Origin: a virus
Taxonomy: Duplodnaviria; Caudoviricetes
Strand: one strand, 5' to 3'
DNA: 64,000 nucleotides
Virus record (IMG/VR): IMGVR_UViG_2791354790_000006
Coordinates: 14,941 to 78,940 of that record
Positions 40,726-51,004 of this stretch are shown piece after piece; position 1 is the stretch's first letter; each line of letters begins with the position of its first letter. A program made the position numbers and the translations under genes. The notes beneath the pieces were generated by a model. It worked only from the letters and a program-made list of their open reading frames with translations, searched no databases and was not told the DNA's origin.

Positions 40726-40918
40726 TGCTGGCCTCCTTCGTTACTTCAACGCGGCGTTCTGCAGCTGCTTTGGTGGCTGCGGCGTTATCGTCGGTGCGCT
40801 GTTTATCCGCTTTGGTTTCCGCCTTTTCGCGACCACGCATGCTGCCCAGACCGAAAGCACCGAGAATGAGCAGTCCAGCTGTCACGACAAACGCCAGAAT
40901 AGCTTTCAGTTTCGTCAT
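40646..40918 (-). CDS. i-spanin (Rz-like)
   Basis: N-terminal TM plus helical periplasmic part. Confidence 0.8.
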   Translation of the reverse strand: MTKLKAILAFVVTAGLLILGAFGLGSMRGREKAETKADKQRTDDNAAATKAAAERRVEVTKEASNVQQTVSHMPDDDVDRELRANWTRKG

Positions 40919-41394
40919 TGCTTCGGCTCCGCAATAAATCCACCAGCCTCTTTGAATTTCTTCAGGAGGTTTTCAACCTTGTGTTCGTGCTGACCGTAAC
41001 CAGCGCCGGGCAGTGATGCCCAGATGTTGCTGCAGCGATCAATGGCCTGCCGGATATAGCCGTCGTCAATGAGCTGCAGCGCGCGTCGTTCTTTAATCTG
41101 CTGCAGCGCCACCGCATCCTGGCTGGTCGGAGAGAAATCCTTCAGGCCAAGTTGTTTACGATACGCATCCCAGTAACGCGCCAGTAACTGATAGCGGCCA
41201 GCGGCGGTGGATTTAATCTTTAAGCGCGGTAGGTCGATTAATTTTCGCGGGTGATCGGCATAGCCGGAAAAGAGAGAGCCGCCCACTATTACGTCATAAC
41301 CCCGGTTACGCGTCGGCTGCCCTGGCTTGTCGGTGCCTTCCGACCAGGCCAGCATGTTCAGGAACGCGGTGCGCTGTGCGTTGATTGCCTGCAT
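40915..41394 (-). CDS. R: Endolysin, lambda R-type transglycosylase
   Basis: AWSEGT, STAAGRYQ, IWASLPGAGYGQ. Confidence 0.95.
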   Translation of the reverse strand: MQAINAQRTAFLNMLAWSEGTDKPGQPTRNRGYDVIVGGSLFSGYADHPRKLIDLPRLKIKSTAAGRYQLLARYWDAYRKQLGLKDFSPTSQDAVALQQIKERRALQLIDDGYIRQAIDRCSNIWASLPGAGYGQHEHKVENLLKKFKEAGGFIAEPKQ

Positions 41395-41397
41395 TAC

Positions 41398-41667
41398 CTA
41401 ACTCCTTTTGCCGGTGATATTCCCCCGGGAGAGGATCATCACAACCAGAAACCCGATATTGACCACCAGCTCAGAACGGTCGACGACCGGATAATCGCCA
41501 ATCCAGATACGAATGGGGATCGAGAAGAAAGAGAGCGCCAGCACGTAGGCCAGCAGCGAGAAGTACCATTTATGCGTGCGGCCACCCCGACTGAAGCCTG
41601 CAATAGCCAGACCTGCCATCAGCGCGATAAGTGCATGCATTTGAAGCAGTATGAATGGAGTAATCAT
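41398..41667 (-). CDS. Holin-family membrane protein
   Basis: 3 TM, RGNI end. Confidence 0.75.
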   Translation of the reverse strand: MITPFILLQMHALIALMAGLAIAGFSRGGRTHKWYFSLLAYVLALSFFSIPIRIWIGDYPVVDRSELVVNIGFLVVMILSRGNITGKRS

Positions 41668-42041
41668 TGCCCCTCCTCAGCCGCCTTTTTCTCAGCGCGC
41701 TTTTTGAGGGCGAGAACAATAGTGATCGCCGTTGCTGCTGACACCATCGCGCCGAGAGACTCAGGGATACCCGCGCCATCGGTACCAGGCAGATATTGCC
41801 CGACGATGGTGTTGATAACGCGGGTTGCCAGTGGCGCAGCCAGGATGCCGGAGATAAAGGCTGCAATGCCGTACATGCATCGCTCGATGATGCTGAGGTT
41901 GTGAGACGTGAGAACGTAGATAAGCGCCCCGGCCAGCGCCCCAAGGATTACGCCAGCCTCAGTGTTTGCCCAGAATCCGGCAAATGTGGCAGTCGTAACC
42001 GCTGCATGCGCCGTAGCGCTGCCGGATAGTGGTTCGGACAT
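41664..42041 (-). CDS. Putative holin/antiholin
   Basis: MSEPLSG, GALAGA, 3 TM. Confidence 0.75.
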   Translation of the reverse strand: MSEPLSGSATAHAAVTTATFAGFWANTEAGVILGALAGALIYVLTSHNLSIIERCMYGIAAFISGILAAPLATRVINTIVGQYLPGTDGAGIPESLGAMVSAATAITIVLALKKRAEKKAAEEGQ

Positions 42042-42259
42042 AGATTTTCCATTTTGAAAGGTTCAGGCTCCCGGACGCTTAACGACAAAGCACCTGATGG
42101 GGGTTCCGGGAGCCTGAAATAGAAAAAGGCCGCCAAGCGGCAGCCAACAGTCGATTCAATACCGGGATATTTATCCACGCCCGGCACGTGGTTTCCCTGC
42201 TTTCCACAGACAAAGGAAATTGCTAAATTGGTCATTCCACAGACAATTAGGGAATGACC

Positions 42260-42670
42260 ATGGATGTAGGATTACTTATCGCGTCCCTTAAAAACGGGAT
42301 CGGCGCGCTTTCTGCTGTGCAAAGTAACGAGGTCCTGCGCGAGCGCATCGCTTTCATTGGAGAGCAGATCGACGTACTTCAAAAAGCCCATGCTGCCACC
42401 ATAGAAGAACTTGCCGAGGCGAAGGCCAAATGCGTAGAACTTGCGAAGGAAGTAGCGGCTTACCGGGCAAAGGATGAGTTTGTCGAGCACATGGGTGCGG
42501 CCTTTAGAAAAAATCCCGCGGGTGGGTATATCAGCGCGGTTTATTGTCCCAACTGTCTTAAACAAGTCGGAAGCGGGTTCGATGATTTTCCGTACCATTG
42601 CGGCTCCTGCGGCTGGACTTCAAGATTTGAAGGAAGGGAGATTGATAACGTAATGAAAACCCTCCCTTAA
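42260..42670 (+). CDS. Moron: coiled-coil plus C-terminal zinc-ribbon protein
   Basis: Own promoter TTTCCA-N17-TAAATT at 42201-42229; CPNC...CGSC. Confidence 0.75.
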   Translation: MDVGLLIASLKNGIGALSAVQSNEVLRERIAFIGEQIDVLQKAHAATIEELAEAKAKCVELAKEVAAYRAKDEFVEHMGAAFRKNPAGGYISAVYCPNCLKQVGSGFDDFPYHCGSCGWTSRFEGREIDNVMKTLP

Positions 42671-42713
42671 TGTTAAGGCGAGGGTAGCGCCTCGCCGTTA
42701 CCTCCAGAAACGC

Positions 42714-42743
42714 AAAAGCCCCACGGAGTTAACCGCAGGGCTT
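42714..42743 (-). terminator. tR'-like terminator
   Basis: AAGCCCTGCGG/CCGTGGGGCTTTT hairpin downstream of pR'. Confidence 0.7.
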
Positions 42744-42796
42744 GAATATTTTATTGCTGGTCGAAACGATTGAACGGATTCCCAGCGTTAGAGCCG

Positions 42797-42825
42797 ATAC
42801 TAGACGAAAATTCCGTAAACTACAA
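42797..42825 (-). promoter_or_regulatory. pR'-like late promoter
   Basis: TTGTAG-N17-TAGTAT just after Q. Confidence 0.6.
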
Positions 42826-42866
42826 TATCTATTTTCTCTAAAATTTACCTTCCATAGAAAAAATCA

Positions 42867-43676
42867 CTATTGAGTAACTGATTTCAATGCACTGTCTGCA
42901 TATCCCTCCTGCCGGTGACACTCTTCTACCAATAATTCGAATAATGGCTGGATGTGGTCATAAGCCGTGGTTTTCTTCACATCCCACTCGGTGCGTACAC
43001 CCTCCAGCACATTAGAGAATTTAAGCCGGGCATAACCTCTGCCTGTGCAGCGCTCACAAACTTTCATAACCGGCACGCCCTGCATCTCCGTTTCTTTCTT
43101 GTCCAGTACCTTCCCTTTCCCATGGCAGCGACACGCATTGCTGATAACACCTTTTCCGTTACAGGCTGAGCATAAAACGCGCGCAGTCTCCCGTACCGAC
43201 TTCCATTCCTCCCAATAGGACGGGCAAACCCCCTTCGTGATTTTTGCCCATTTAGGCGGTTTCCCATCCGGGTACTGAACTTTATTTGTGAAAATATCTG
43301 CCTCGGTAAAGCCGTCCCCATCGCAACAGTCGCATTTGCGAACGCTTGCCGCACTACGGGCGTAATCCTGATAAGCAAAAGCGCACAGTATTTCGAGAAC
43401 TCGTTGGCGTAATCCTTCATCGAGTTCAGTAACTGGTCTGAAATGTCGTGATATCTCAACGGCTGAACCATATAGAGCCTCCATTGCCCGCTCCGGGCTG
43501 CTGATGCCAATTTTTGCCAGGTAAAGATCGAAACCAAATCCGCACTTAGCATTAACGAGGCCAAGCGCGGCCATCACATCAGTACCAGTGAGATTGTCTG
43601 TAGCTGTTGCCCGCGAGGAGTCACTGAACATCGGGGACTTCGGTGCAAAGTATTTTGCGATTGATTCGAGGTTCAT
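42867..43676 (-). CDS. Q: Late antiterminator Q
   Basis: MNLESIAKYFAPKS, DYARSAAS, multiple CxxCxG fingers. Confidence 0.88.
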   Translation of the reverse strand: MNLESIAKYFAPKSPMFSDSSRATATDNLTGTDVMAALGLVNAKCGFGFDLYLAKIGISSPERAMEALYGSAVEISRHFRPVTELDEGLRQRVLEILCAFAYQDYARSAASVRKCDCCDGDGFTEADIFTNKVQYPDGKPPKWAKITKGVCPSYWEEWKSVRETARVLCSACNGKGVISNACRCHGKGKVLDKKETEMQGVPVMKVCERCTGRGYARLKFSNVLEGVRTEWDVKKTTAYDHIQPLFELLVEECHRQEGYADSALKSVTQ

Positions 43677-43813
43677 CGTGTTTCTCCAGCATAAGTTTTC
43701 ACGTAATTCTTCAGTATTCGGTAGTCCGTCAGCACAGAGCCGGGAAAGTGATATAAGCGCAATCGTTGCCAACGAACGCGGAGGTGATCGGCAAAGTAGG
43801 ATTCGAATGTCAT
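43673..43813 (-). CDS. YlcG-family small protein
   Basis: Hand translation ...LRVRWQRLRLYHFPGSVLTDYRILKNY; overlaps ninG and Q. Confidence 0.75.
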   Translation of the reverse strand: MTFESYFADHLRVRWQRLRLYHFPGSVLTDYRILKNYVKTYAGETR

Positions 43814-44418
43814 GCGGCCTCCCTTGCTTTGACGAGTTGTCGCCTCAGCGCGCTGTAATGCTTTCTGATGGCTTCGAGTTCTTCGATGGTGTATCGGTGC
43901 GGGGTGTTATTGTTTTCGAGCGCCTCAACGCGTTCAGCTCCAATTTTCTCTATAAGGCCAAGGCGGTACTGCTGCTGATTGCCCGACAGCTGAACGTTAC
44001 AGTGGTGGCACTGTTTACGGATATTGTCTTCGTGATAGCGGAGATGTGACGCTTTCCCACGTGAGCGGTAATGCCCGGCTTCCCACTGGACGGTGTCGAA
44101 CGTCCCACAACTGATGCATGGCAAATCATGGTCACGCTCGCGAATATAGTCATTGACTACACGCTGCGTTAAATCTTCCCAGTGCTTCAGCGGCTTAACC
44201 GCAGCTTTACGCTGGCGCCAGGCGGCTCGCTCTTTCTTCTCAGTAGCGCGCTGTTTGGCGGACTCTTTGCGCTTAGCGTCTTCACGGGCTTTTCTGGTCT
44301 GCTCTTTGCCGACAGCGCTGGCGCACTCATAACCGCAGACAGTCTGCGTATCACGCACCGGGTGAAACCACTGGCGGCATTCTTTGTTGGCGCACTTACG
44401 GCGCGGTAGCTTAGCCAT
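43810..44418 (-). CDS. ninG: NinG/Rap recombination nuclease
   Basis: IRERD..LPCISCG, AGHYRSRG, QCHHCN. Confidence 0.92.
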   Translation of the reverse strand: MAKLPRRKCANKECRQWFHPVRDTQTVCGYECASAVGKEQTRKAREDAKRKESAKQRATEKKERAAWRQRKAAVKPLKHWEDLTQRVVNDYIRERDHDLPCISCGTFDTVQWEAGHYRSRGKASHLRYHEDNIRKQCHHCNVQLSGNQQQYRLGLIEKIGAERVEALENNNTPHRYTIEELEAIRKHYSALRRQLVKAREAA

Positions 44419-44420
44419 GC

Positions 44421-44630
44421 TCACCCCCACGCCCTGTTTTGCCAGACCTTACTCGGGCACGGTGCTTTCTCGCTTTCCGGCAGCTGCACGCTGACAGTCC
44501 AGGTGATGTTGTCGCGATTCAGGCTACGTTCTACCGTGGCGCCACGGCGGCGGTAACTGGCCACCAGTTCGTCGGCCTGCTCGGTTGTGCACTCGTGATG
44601 GTGAAACCAGGAATATTTCATCGCCATCAC
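44421..44630 (-). CDS. Conserved nin-region protein
   Basis: SWFHH.ECTTEQADEL motif. Confidence 0.7.
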   Translation of the reverse strand: MMAMKYSWFHHHECTTEQADELVASYRRRGATVERSLNRDNITWTVSVQLPESEKAPCPSKVWQNRAWG

Positions 44631-45226
44631 CCCGCAAAGCTCATGAGCTGCGATGCGGCGTTTTCCGCTTCACGCTGGTCTTTAAATGCCCGGGACAATA
44701 CCCAGCGCCACAGAACATCGAGCGCGGCTTTGTACAGCTGCTGGAACTCGGTTTCGTCCATGTTGGCGAAGGCGATACTGCGGGGGTGTTTGCGAAGGGT
44801 GCCATCGGGAAGCTGTATGGCGTCGTAGTGGCCAGACTCGATGATCACCCATGCACGGTATGCGTCATAGGATTTGCAGATGCTAATGCTACCGGCTCGC
44901 TTATCAGCGATACGGTCGAGATATTGCTCGGCAGCATCCAGGAGTGCGGCTTCACTTCCCGCGAATGAGGCAAGGAATTTGGCGTAGCCGGTTACCAGTT
45001 TGCGCTCGTTGGAGGAGATCGCCCCGCCAGTAGGCTCCCAGTATTCGAAACCGAGATTGAGTAACGCGAAGAAACGGCGATGGAATGCGGGATTCCTCAC
45101 CTGCCGGAACTCGGCCACCAGCACGGCGCCGAGTTTGATTTTTGATTGCAGAATATCGCTGGTCTCCGGCGTCGCGGGGATCAGGATTCCTGAGGACTGC
45201 TTGATGAGTTGTAATTCGTGCGCCAT
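44627..45226 (-). CDS. DUF1367-family nin-region protein
   Basis: RNPAFHRRFFALL, SIAFANMDE. Confidence 0.85.
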   Translation of the reverse strand: MAHELQLIKQSSGILIPATPETSDILQSKIKLGAVLVAEFRQVRNPAFHRRFFALLNLGFEYWEPTGGAISSNERKLVTGYAKFLASFAGSEAALLDAAEQYLDRIADKRAGSISICKSYDAYRAWVIIESGHYDAIQLPDGTLRKHPRSIAFANMDETEFQQLYKAALDVLWRWVLSRAFKDQREAENAASQLMSFAG

Positions 45227-45319
45227 GGTTTCTCTCCGTGGCGCATCAAGTTGTCAGTTGTTCAGGCTGACGCGGGAATTATGGCGGTTTGATTATGGAA
45301 AATCAAAGGTCATTTTAAT

Positions 45320-45607
45320 CTAACTATTCACTGCCTCGGGAAGGGGGTGAACCTTTGATCGCTCAATAAGTTTTCCGATATCATCTTGGCTAACCATCCC
45401 ATGCGATCCCTCTCCTAACGCTACTGCATAGCTCTTACCTAAGTGATTCATGACATGTACTTTTAAAGTTCGCTCTGAGTATTGAGGGGCGTCATCGTGG
45501 GCTGGATTAAATACTAAAGACTTAGGTAAAACGAAGCCTGCGTCCGGCGAAGTCCGAACAACGTCTCCGTTTCGCCAACATCCAACCAGCAGATAATCAA
45601 TATTCAT
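45320..45607 (-). CDS. Hypothetical accessory protein
   Basis: AAGGCGG RBS, AT-rich, 95 aa. Confidence 0.6.
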   Translation of the reverse strand: MNIDYLLVGCWRNGDVVRTSPDAGFVLPKSLVFNPAHDDAPQYSERTLKVHVMNHLGKSYAVALGEGSHGMVSQDDIGKLIERSKVHPLPEAVNS

Positions 45608-45677
45608 ATTTTACCGCCTTAATGATGAATGGTACTTACCAGAGAGCCACATAGAAACTTGGCTTGATGACATTATA

Positions 45678-45776
45678 TCAGGCAGCGGCTTCGTGTTCTC
45701 TACAAAGTTCCGGCAGGTTAGCCCTCACCAGTGCTTCAGCAAACGGCGGCGGGACGGCGTTACCGCAGCGGGCAAC
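45678..45776 (-). pseudogene. 3' remnant of phage DNA cytosine methyltransferase
   Basis: Hand translation VARCGNAVPPPFAEALVRANLPELCREHEAAA* (motif X, GNAV). Confidence 0.8.
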
Positions 45777-45897
45777 CCAATAAGAAACATGCCTATAAAA
45801 CATTATCATTAATTGCACTTAGATATAGAGCAAACGTAATCATTATAAATTTAAATAAAAAATGAAGACTACAGTTGATAAATTATTATGCTCTGAG

Positions 45898-46767
45898 TTA
45901 ACTGCCGAAAAAGCCAGCAGGTAACGCACCTTCTGCACCTGCATCGTTGTATGTATAGTACTCTAGAGAATAACGTTTAAATTGACGTTCTAGACTCTTT
46001 GTGAACTCCCCCTCGGGGAGAGTGTTTATACTTTCCAAAACAACGCCCTCCATTGAAGAAAATATCCCTTTTATTCTTTCAACCATTGCAGGTACATTAT
46101 TTTTCATAACCTGAGCTAATTCACGCCCTCGAAAACTTTCAGGAATGGTTAGCACTATTGACAGATTATATTTTATCTCATCATCTAACTCTTCGTCAGT
46201 TGAGAGGGCAAAGTGCACACCTGAGCAACAATTAACATAATCATCACTTTTCCACATTTTTTTCAACAACTTATCCTTGCTGGCAATTCTCCTGTTAAAT
46301 GCATCTGGAAAAGTAGCCTGGTTAAATCGCCCGCTGATCCAATTAAGAAGGCACTCTAAAGCCAAGGGACCCCACTTTAACTTCAAATTTGGGGTGCTAT
46401 TTTTTAAGAGAAACTCTCTTTCTATTTGGGCGAATCCAAGCGAAGAAATCTCCATCCACTTGACATTATCTTCACCATCAACAAAATATGGCAAACATAA
46501 TCTGCGAGGGTTTCTGGCATTCTTAAACTCCGAACGTTCGTCACATGGGGTACCTATCACTACTTGCACCCAATGTTCTCTTTCGAAGTCCATATCGATC
46601 AAAGCACATTCATATAATACCGGAATCAAAACTGCATCTTTCTCGGTATATAATGATGCTAGTTTTTCAGGTAATGTGGCTAAGAGTGCGGGATGATTAA
46701 AGAGACTCACGAATGATCCTCTCATCCATCCCGCCTTGATTAACTCCTCTCGATTTAACCCTGACAT
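45898..46767 (-). CDS. Cassette gene 3: hypothetical, putative toxin/effector
   Basis: 289 aa, GGAGGG RBS, AT-rich. Confidence 0.75.
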   Translation of the reverse strand: MSGLNREELIKAGWMRGSFVSLFNHPALLATLPEKLASLYTEKDAVLIPVLYECALIDMDFEREHWVQVVIGTPCDERSEFKNARNPRRLCLPYFVDGEDNVKWMEISSLGFAQIEREFLLKNSTPNLKLKWGPLALECLLNWISGRFNQATFPDAFNRRIASKDKLLKKMWKSDDYVNCCSGVHFALSTDEELDDEIKYNLSIVLTIPESFRGRELAQVMKNNVPAMVERIKGIFSSMEGVVLESINTLPEGEFTKSLERQFKRYSLEYYTYNDAGAEGALPAGFFGS

Positions 46768-46789
46768 CCCTTAACCCTCCAATTACTAG

Positions 46790-47985
<1,196 letters not shown>

Positions 47986-48600
47986 CTAGGCCAATCTGGC
48001 TCTAACCGAATACCCTTCAATCTGCGCATAAATGTCATAATACGCATCGACCATTTTATTAAGATCTAATGGTTCTTCATAGAACGCCGTTCTAATCCCC
48101 TCATTACCCATTTTCCCAAAAATAAATTTCTTCAGATATGGCGCGTGGCTTATATCCATTTCCTTATAGAAAGCTTCAAATGCATTTATTCTTGATATGG
48201 TTGCATTTTTTATTCTAGTTTCTTTTTTACCATTCCAATTGTAAATCGTTTTTCTTTCCACCTTAAGTAACGAAGCCCATTGAGATACGTTAAAGTTGAA
48301 TCCCTTCTGTAAAGCATTGCTTTTTTCGATGGCACTTGGTTCTTTTTTTACATCAATTTTCGATGAAGAATTATAGTTTCTTACAATTGGTTTAATTTCA
48401 ACAGGAGATGCTCCAGTCATTGAACCAACATTTAATAAACTAGATAAAGCGAAAACACCTAAAAGGGCCTTACCAACGACAGTGCCTAAATTTTTTCGCG
48501 CCTCAATAGTATTGTTGGTTGTCTTGTATGATTGCGCAGAACTAGCCGGCAAAAATGGTCCGGTACCGATTTTTATCCCGCTTGTAACGAAACCAGTCAT
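47986..48600 (-). CDS. Cassette gene 2: HTH protein with long N-terminal tail, putative antitoxin/regulator
   Basis: VSQWASLLKVERKTIYNW Xre-like HTH; GGAGG RBS. Confidence 0.72.
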   Translation of the reverse strand: MTGFVTSGIKIGTGPFLPASSAQSYKTTNNTIEARKNLGTVVGKALLGVFALSSLLNVGSMTGASPVEIKPIVRNYNSSSKIDVKKEPSAIEKSNALQKGFNFNVSQWASLLKVERKTIYNWNGKKETRIKNATISRINAFEAFYKEMDISHAPYLKKFIFGKMGNEGIRTAFYEEPLDLNKMVDAYYDIYAQIEGYSVRARLA

Positions 48601-48609
48601 ACTAACCTC

Positions 48610-49377
48610 CTATAATACTATGTGTTTGAATATTGCATTAGATGCAACTCTTAACTCATTGAGTTTATTTGATATAACGTCAAGATTAAACTCTTCCATC
48701 CTATCTTCTAAAAAATAAAATGAATCTATATCGACATGTGCTACAACCCCAGCATCAATATCAACTGGATTTAATATGTCAGAAGCAAGTTCTGCAAGTT
48801 CTGGTGTAATTTTAGGGCCATTGATAACGACACCGCTATTTATACTCAAGAAATATCTTTTCTCCATATCTTCGTACCTAGAAGAAAGATTGCTTCCTCC
48901 CCTATTATAACCATCAATTATAGGCTGTAAGAATTCAGTTCGATTAATACCAAATTCATTCGATAAGTCAGCTGAATGTGGAAACTTATTTAAAAATCTC
49001 ATCCCTATAAAAGAAAAATGCGATATGCCCAGAGCTTCCTGAAGAGAAGATAAAAGCTTTTTCATTCTCTTTTCAAAATCATCAAAACAATCATAATTTT
49101 TTGTATGTAATATGATATGCTCAGGCGTTATACGAATTGCCCATTCTTTATTGGCCGAAACCAATGTCAAAACAGGATCTTCTTCCTGAATCATTTCCGG
49201 GATACCCGCTCCCTTGAACTCTATCTTAAATGTCTGTACATTTTTTTTAGGCAATACAATAGGATACTCCTTCCTCAAAGCTTCAAGTATATAATCTGAT
49301 GCTGAAAGAAAAGTGGTATTAGGTATGCGCCCAAACTGAATCTTTGAAAGCATATATATTAAGTTTTTATTCATCAT
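48610..49377 (-). CDS. Cassette gene 1: TIGR04255-like protein
   Basis: LRKEYP, TKNY..F..F, IGMRFLN, DIDS pattern typical of the family. Confidence 0.72.
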   Translation of the reverse strand: MMNKNLIYMLSKIQFGRIPNTTFLSASDYILEALRKEYPIVLPKKNVQTFKIEFKGAGIPEMIQEEDPVLTLVSANKEWAIRITPEHIILHTKNYDCFDDFEKRMKKLLSSLQEALGISHFSFIGMRFLNKFPHSADLSNEFGINRTEFLQPIIDGYNRGGSNLSSRYEDMEKRYFLSINSGVVINGPKITPELAELASDILNPVDIDAGVVAHVDIDSFYFLEDRMEEFNLDVISNKLNELRVASNAIFKHIVL

Positions 49378-49499
49378 AAGTATAATCCTCCATCACATCA
49401 CAACCAACATTTTACACACTTTTTTGGCTTACCACATAAAAATTACACACTTTTTTTTCATTTTTCTGCTCCCTCGCACCGGAATCCCGCCAGCCGAAT

Positions 49500-49847
49500 C
49501 TACCGCTTGGCGAGCGTAATGGCTTCTTCATGCGCTTTTTCTTGCTCATTCCAGTAGCCGTTTGTTTTTGGCAACAAAACGGGATTAGCTAACTTTGCCT
49601 CCAGTTCTGCCATGCGCTTCTCTGCGGCTTCCAGTAGAGAATGAAGCCGAACGCATTCTCCGTTGCGTTGCCCAACGACCGCATTAAGATCATCAATTGC
49701 TCGTCGTGCTTGCAGAAGCTCTCGGAGCGCACAAGCAATATCCGCGCTTTCCTGTGCAAATTCATAATCACCGATTCCTAAAGCCTCCTGTTCCGCCCCG
49801 TGAAATTCTTGAAGACGGAAAAGCAACTGCCCCTCTGTTAAGTTCAT
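49500..49847 (-). CDS. Ead/Ea22-like protein, probably truncated by a nonsense codon
   Basis: LEAAEKRMAELEA motif; frame continues IRLAGFRCEGAEK* to 49458. Confidence 0.6.
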   Translation of the reverse strand: MNLTEGQLLFRLQEFHGAEQEALGIGDYEFAQESADIACALRELLQARRAIDDLNAVVGQRNGECVRLHSLLEAAEKRMAELEAKLANPVLLPKTNGYWNEQEKAHEEAITLAKR

Positions 49848-50089
49848 CGTTCCATCCCCTGCTTTAGTTCCTCAGTTAAAAAATCAACGCCTTTTTGATA
49901 GATGCCAATAAGCTCTATGTCGTCATCAGTTTTTTCTTTCCATGCTTGCATTGAAGAAAGGCCGTCTTTCAGCCGGGGCAAAAGGCATTGACATAGATAG
50001 GCTCTTCGCCCCTCGATGCACTCACGAGAAGCGTCGTTAATGTAGAAATTAATCAATCTCGCAGCGGCGCATTCTGATGCTGGAATCAT
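49844..50089 (-). CDS. Hypothetical phage protein
   Basis: AAGGAG RBS; overlaps next gene. Confidence 0.65.
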   Translation of the reverse strand: MIPASECAAARLINFYINDASRECIEGRRAYLCQCLLPRLKDGLSSMQAWKEKTDDDIELIGIYQKGVDFLTEELKQGMER

Positions 50090-50138
50090 AGCTCTGCTCC
50101 TTGCGCCGCTTCACGCAGCGCCTGTTTGTTGAGTGCTG

Positions 50139-50678
50139 TCATTGGGCTGCTCCAGTTCTAAGTTGAGCCATTCGCAAAGCTGATTCTGCAATGTTGTCTT
50201 CTTCGGTTTTCAACGGCTCCAAATCCACTTCACCTTCCCTGGCGTTAATTACCCACTGACCGAATGGAGTGATATTGCGGATTCCATGAGGACCTTTACC
50301 TGCCAGCCCTATTTCAACAAGTCGCGCCATCGCTTCTGCGCCAATGTCATACCCTTCCCCGTCTTCGCATGTTTCATTGAAACGCATCAAGGCGTTGATA
50401 TCTTGCTCCTGCAAACGAGGCCAGTGACCCGCCGCCAGCTCCCTGCACTTGCTCTCGGCGTTAGCGAGCTGTACTGCCATGTCTGTGACTTCAGCTTCAA
50501 GGTTTTCAGTGTATTCAATCAGGAGATCGATTCTTTCCGGCGTTACGGTTTTAACGTATTTGCAAATCGATGACGCATAATTATCATCCTGGAGTGTGCC
50601 AGCCAGGCCATTACAAAATTTGCGGTTCCCTTTTGTCGCCTTGATATCGGCGATGATTTTTTTAACATCTGGTTTCAT
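50139..50678 (-). CDS. Hypothetical mosaic phage protein (Ead-like)
   Basis: LANAESKCRELAA junction motif. Confidence 0.65.
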   Translation of the reverse strand: MKPDVKKIIADIKATKGNRKFCNGLAGTLQDDNYASSICKYVKTVTPERIDLLIEYTENLEAEVTDMAVQLANAESKCRELAAGHWPRLQEQDINALMRFNETCEDGEGYDIGAEAMARLVEIGLAGKGPHGIRNITPFGQWVINAREGEVDLEPLKTEEDNIAESALRMAQLRTGAAQ

Positions 50679-50986
50679 GCTGATGCTCTCCCGTAAAACG
50701 CCAGTACACGCTGCATAGCCGGACTTGTGCGGCATACTGATGTGACCATGTTTTCGCTCATGTTCGATTTGAGCTGCTTGATGTTCAGCTCCCCGCCAGG
50801 CTGAAGTGAATAGACCGGGCGGTGCGGCTCGCCAGTGCGGATTACTACCGCTCTGCGTACCAGGTGAAGCAGCAGGTTGTGTGCCTTCTTGCAGTCACAT
50901 CCCAGCAGGCTCTGGACCTGACGAGGCGTGATGGTCTGGTTAACCCGAAGGAAATCGACGATTGCCCACAGTGATTTGCTTGCCAT
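50675..50986 (-). CDS. Winged-helix phage protein
   Basis: CRTSPAMQRVLAFYG end; follows dnaC-like gene. Confidence 0.7.
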   Translation of the reverse strand: MASKSLWAIVDFLRVNQTITPRQVQSLLGCDCKKAHNLLLHLVRRAVVIRTGEPHRPVYSLQPGGELNIKQLKSNMSENMVTSVCRTSPAMQRVLAFYGRASA

Positions 50987-51004
50987 AGTGATTTTCCCTC
51001 GAGG

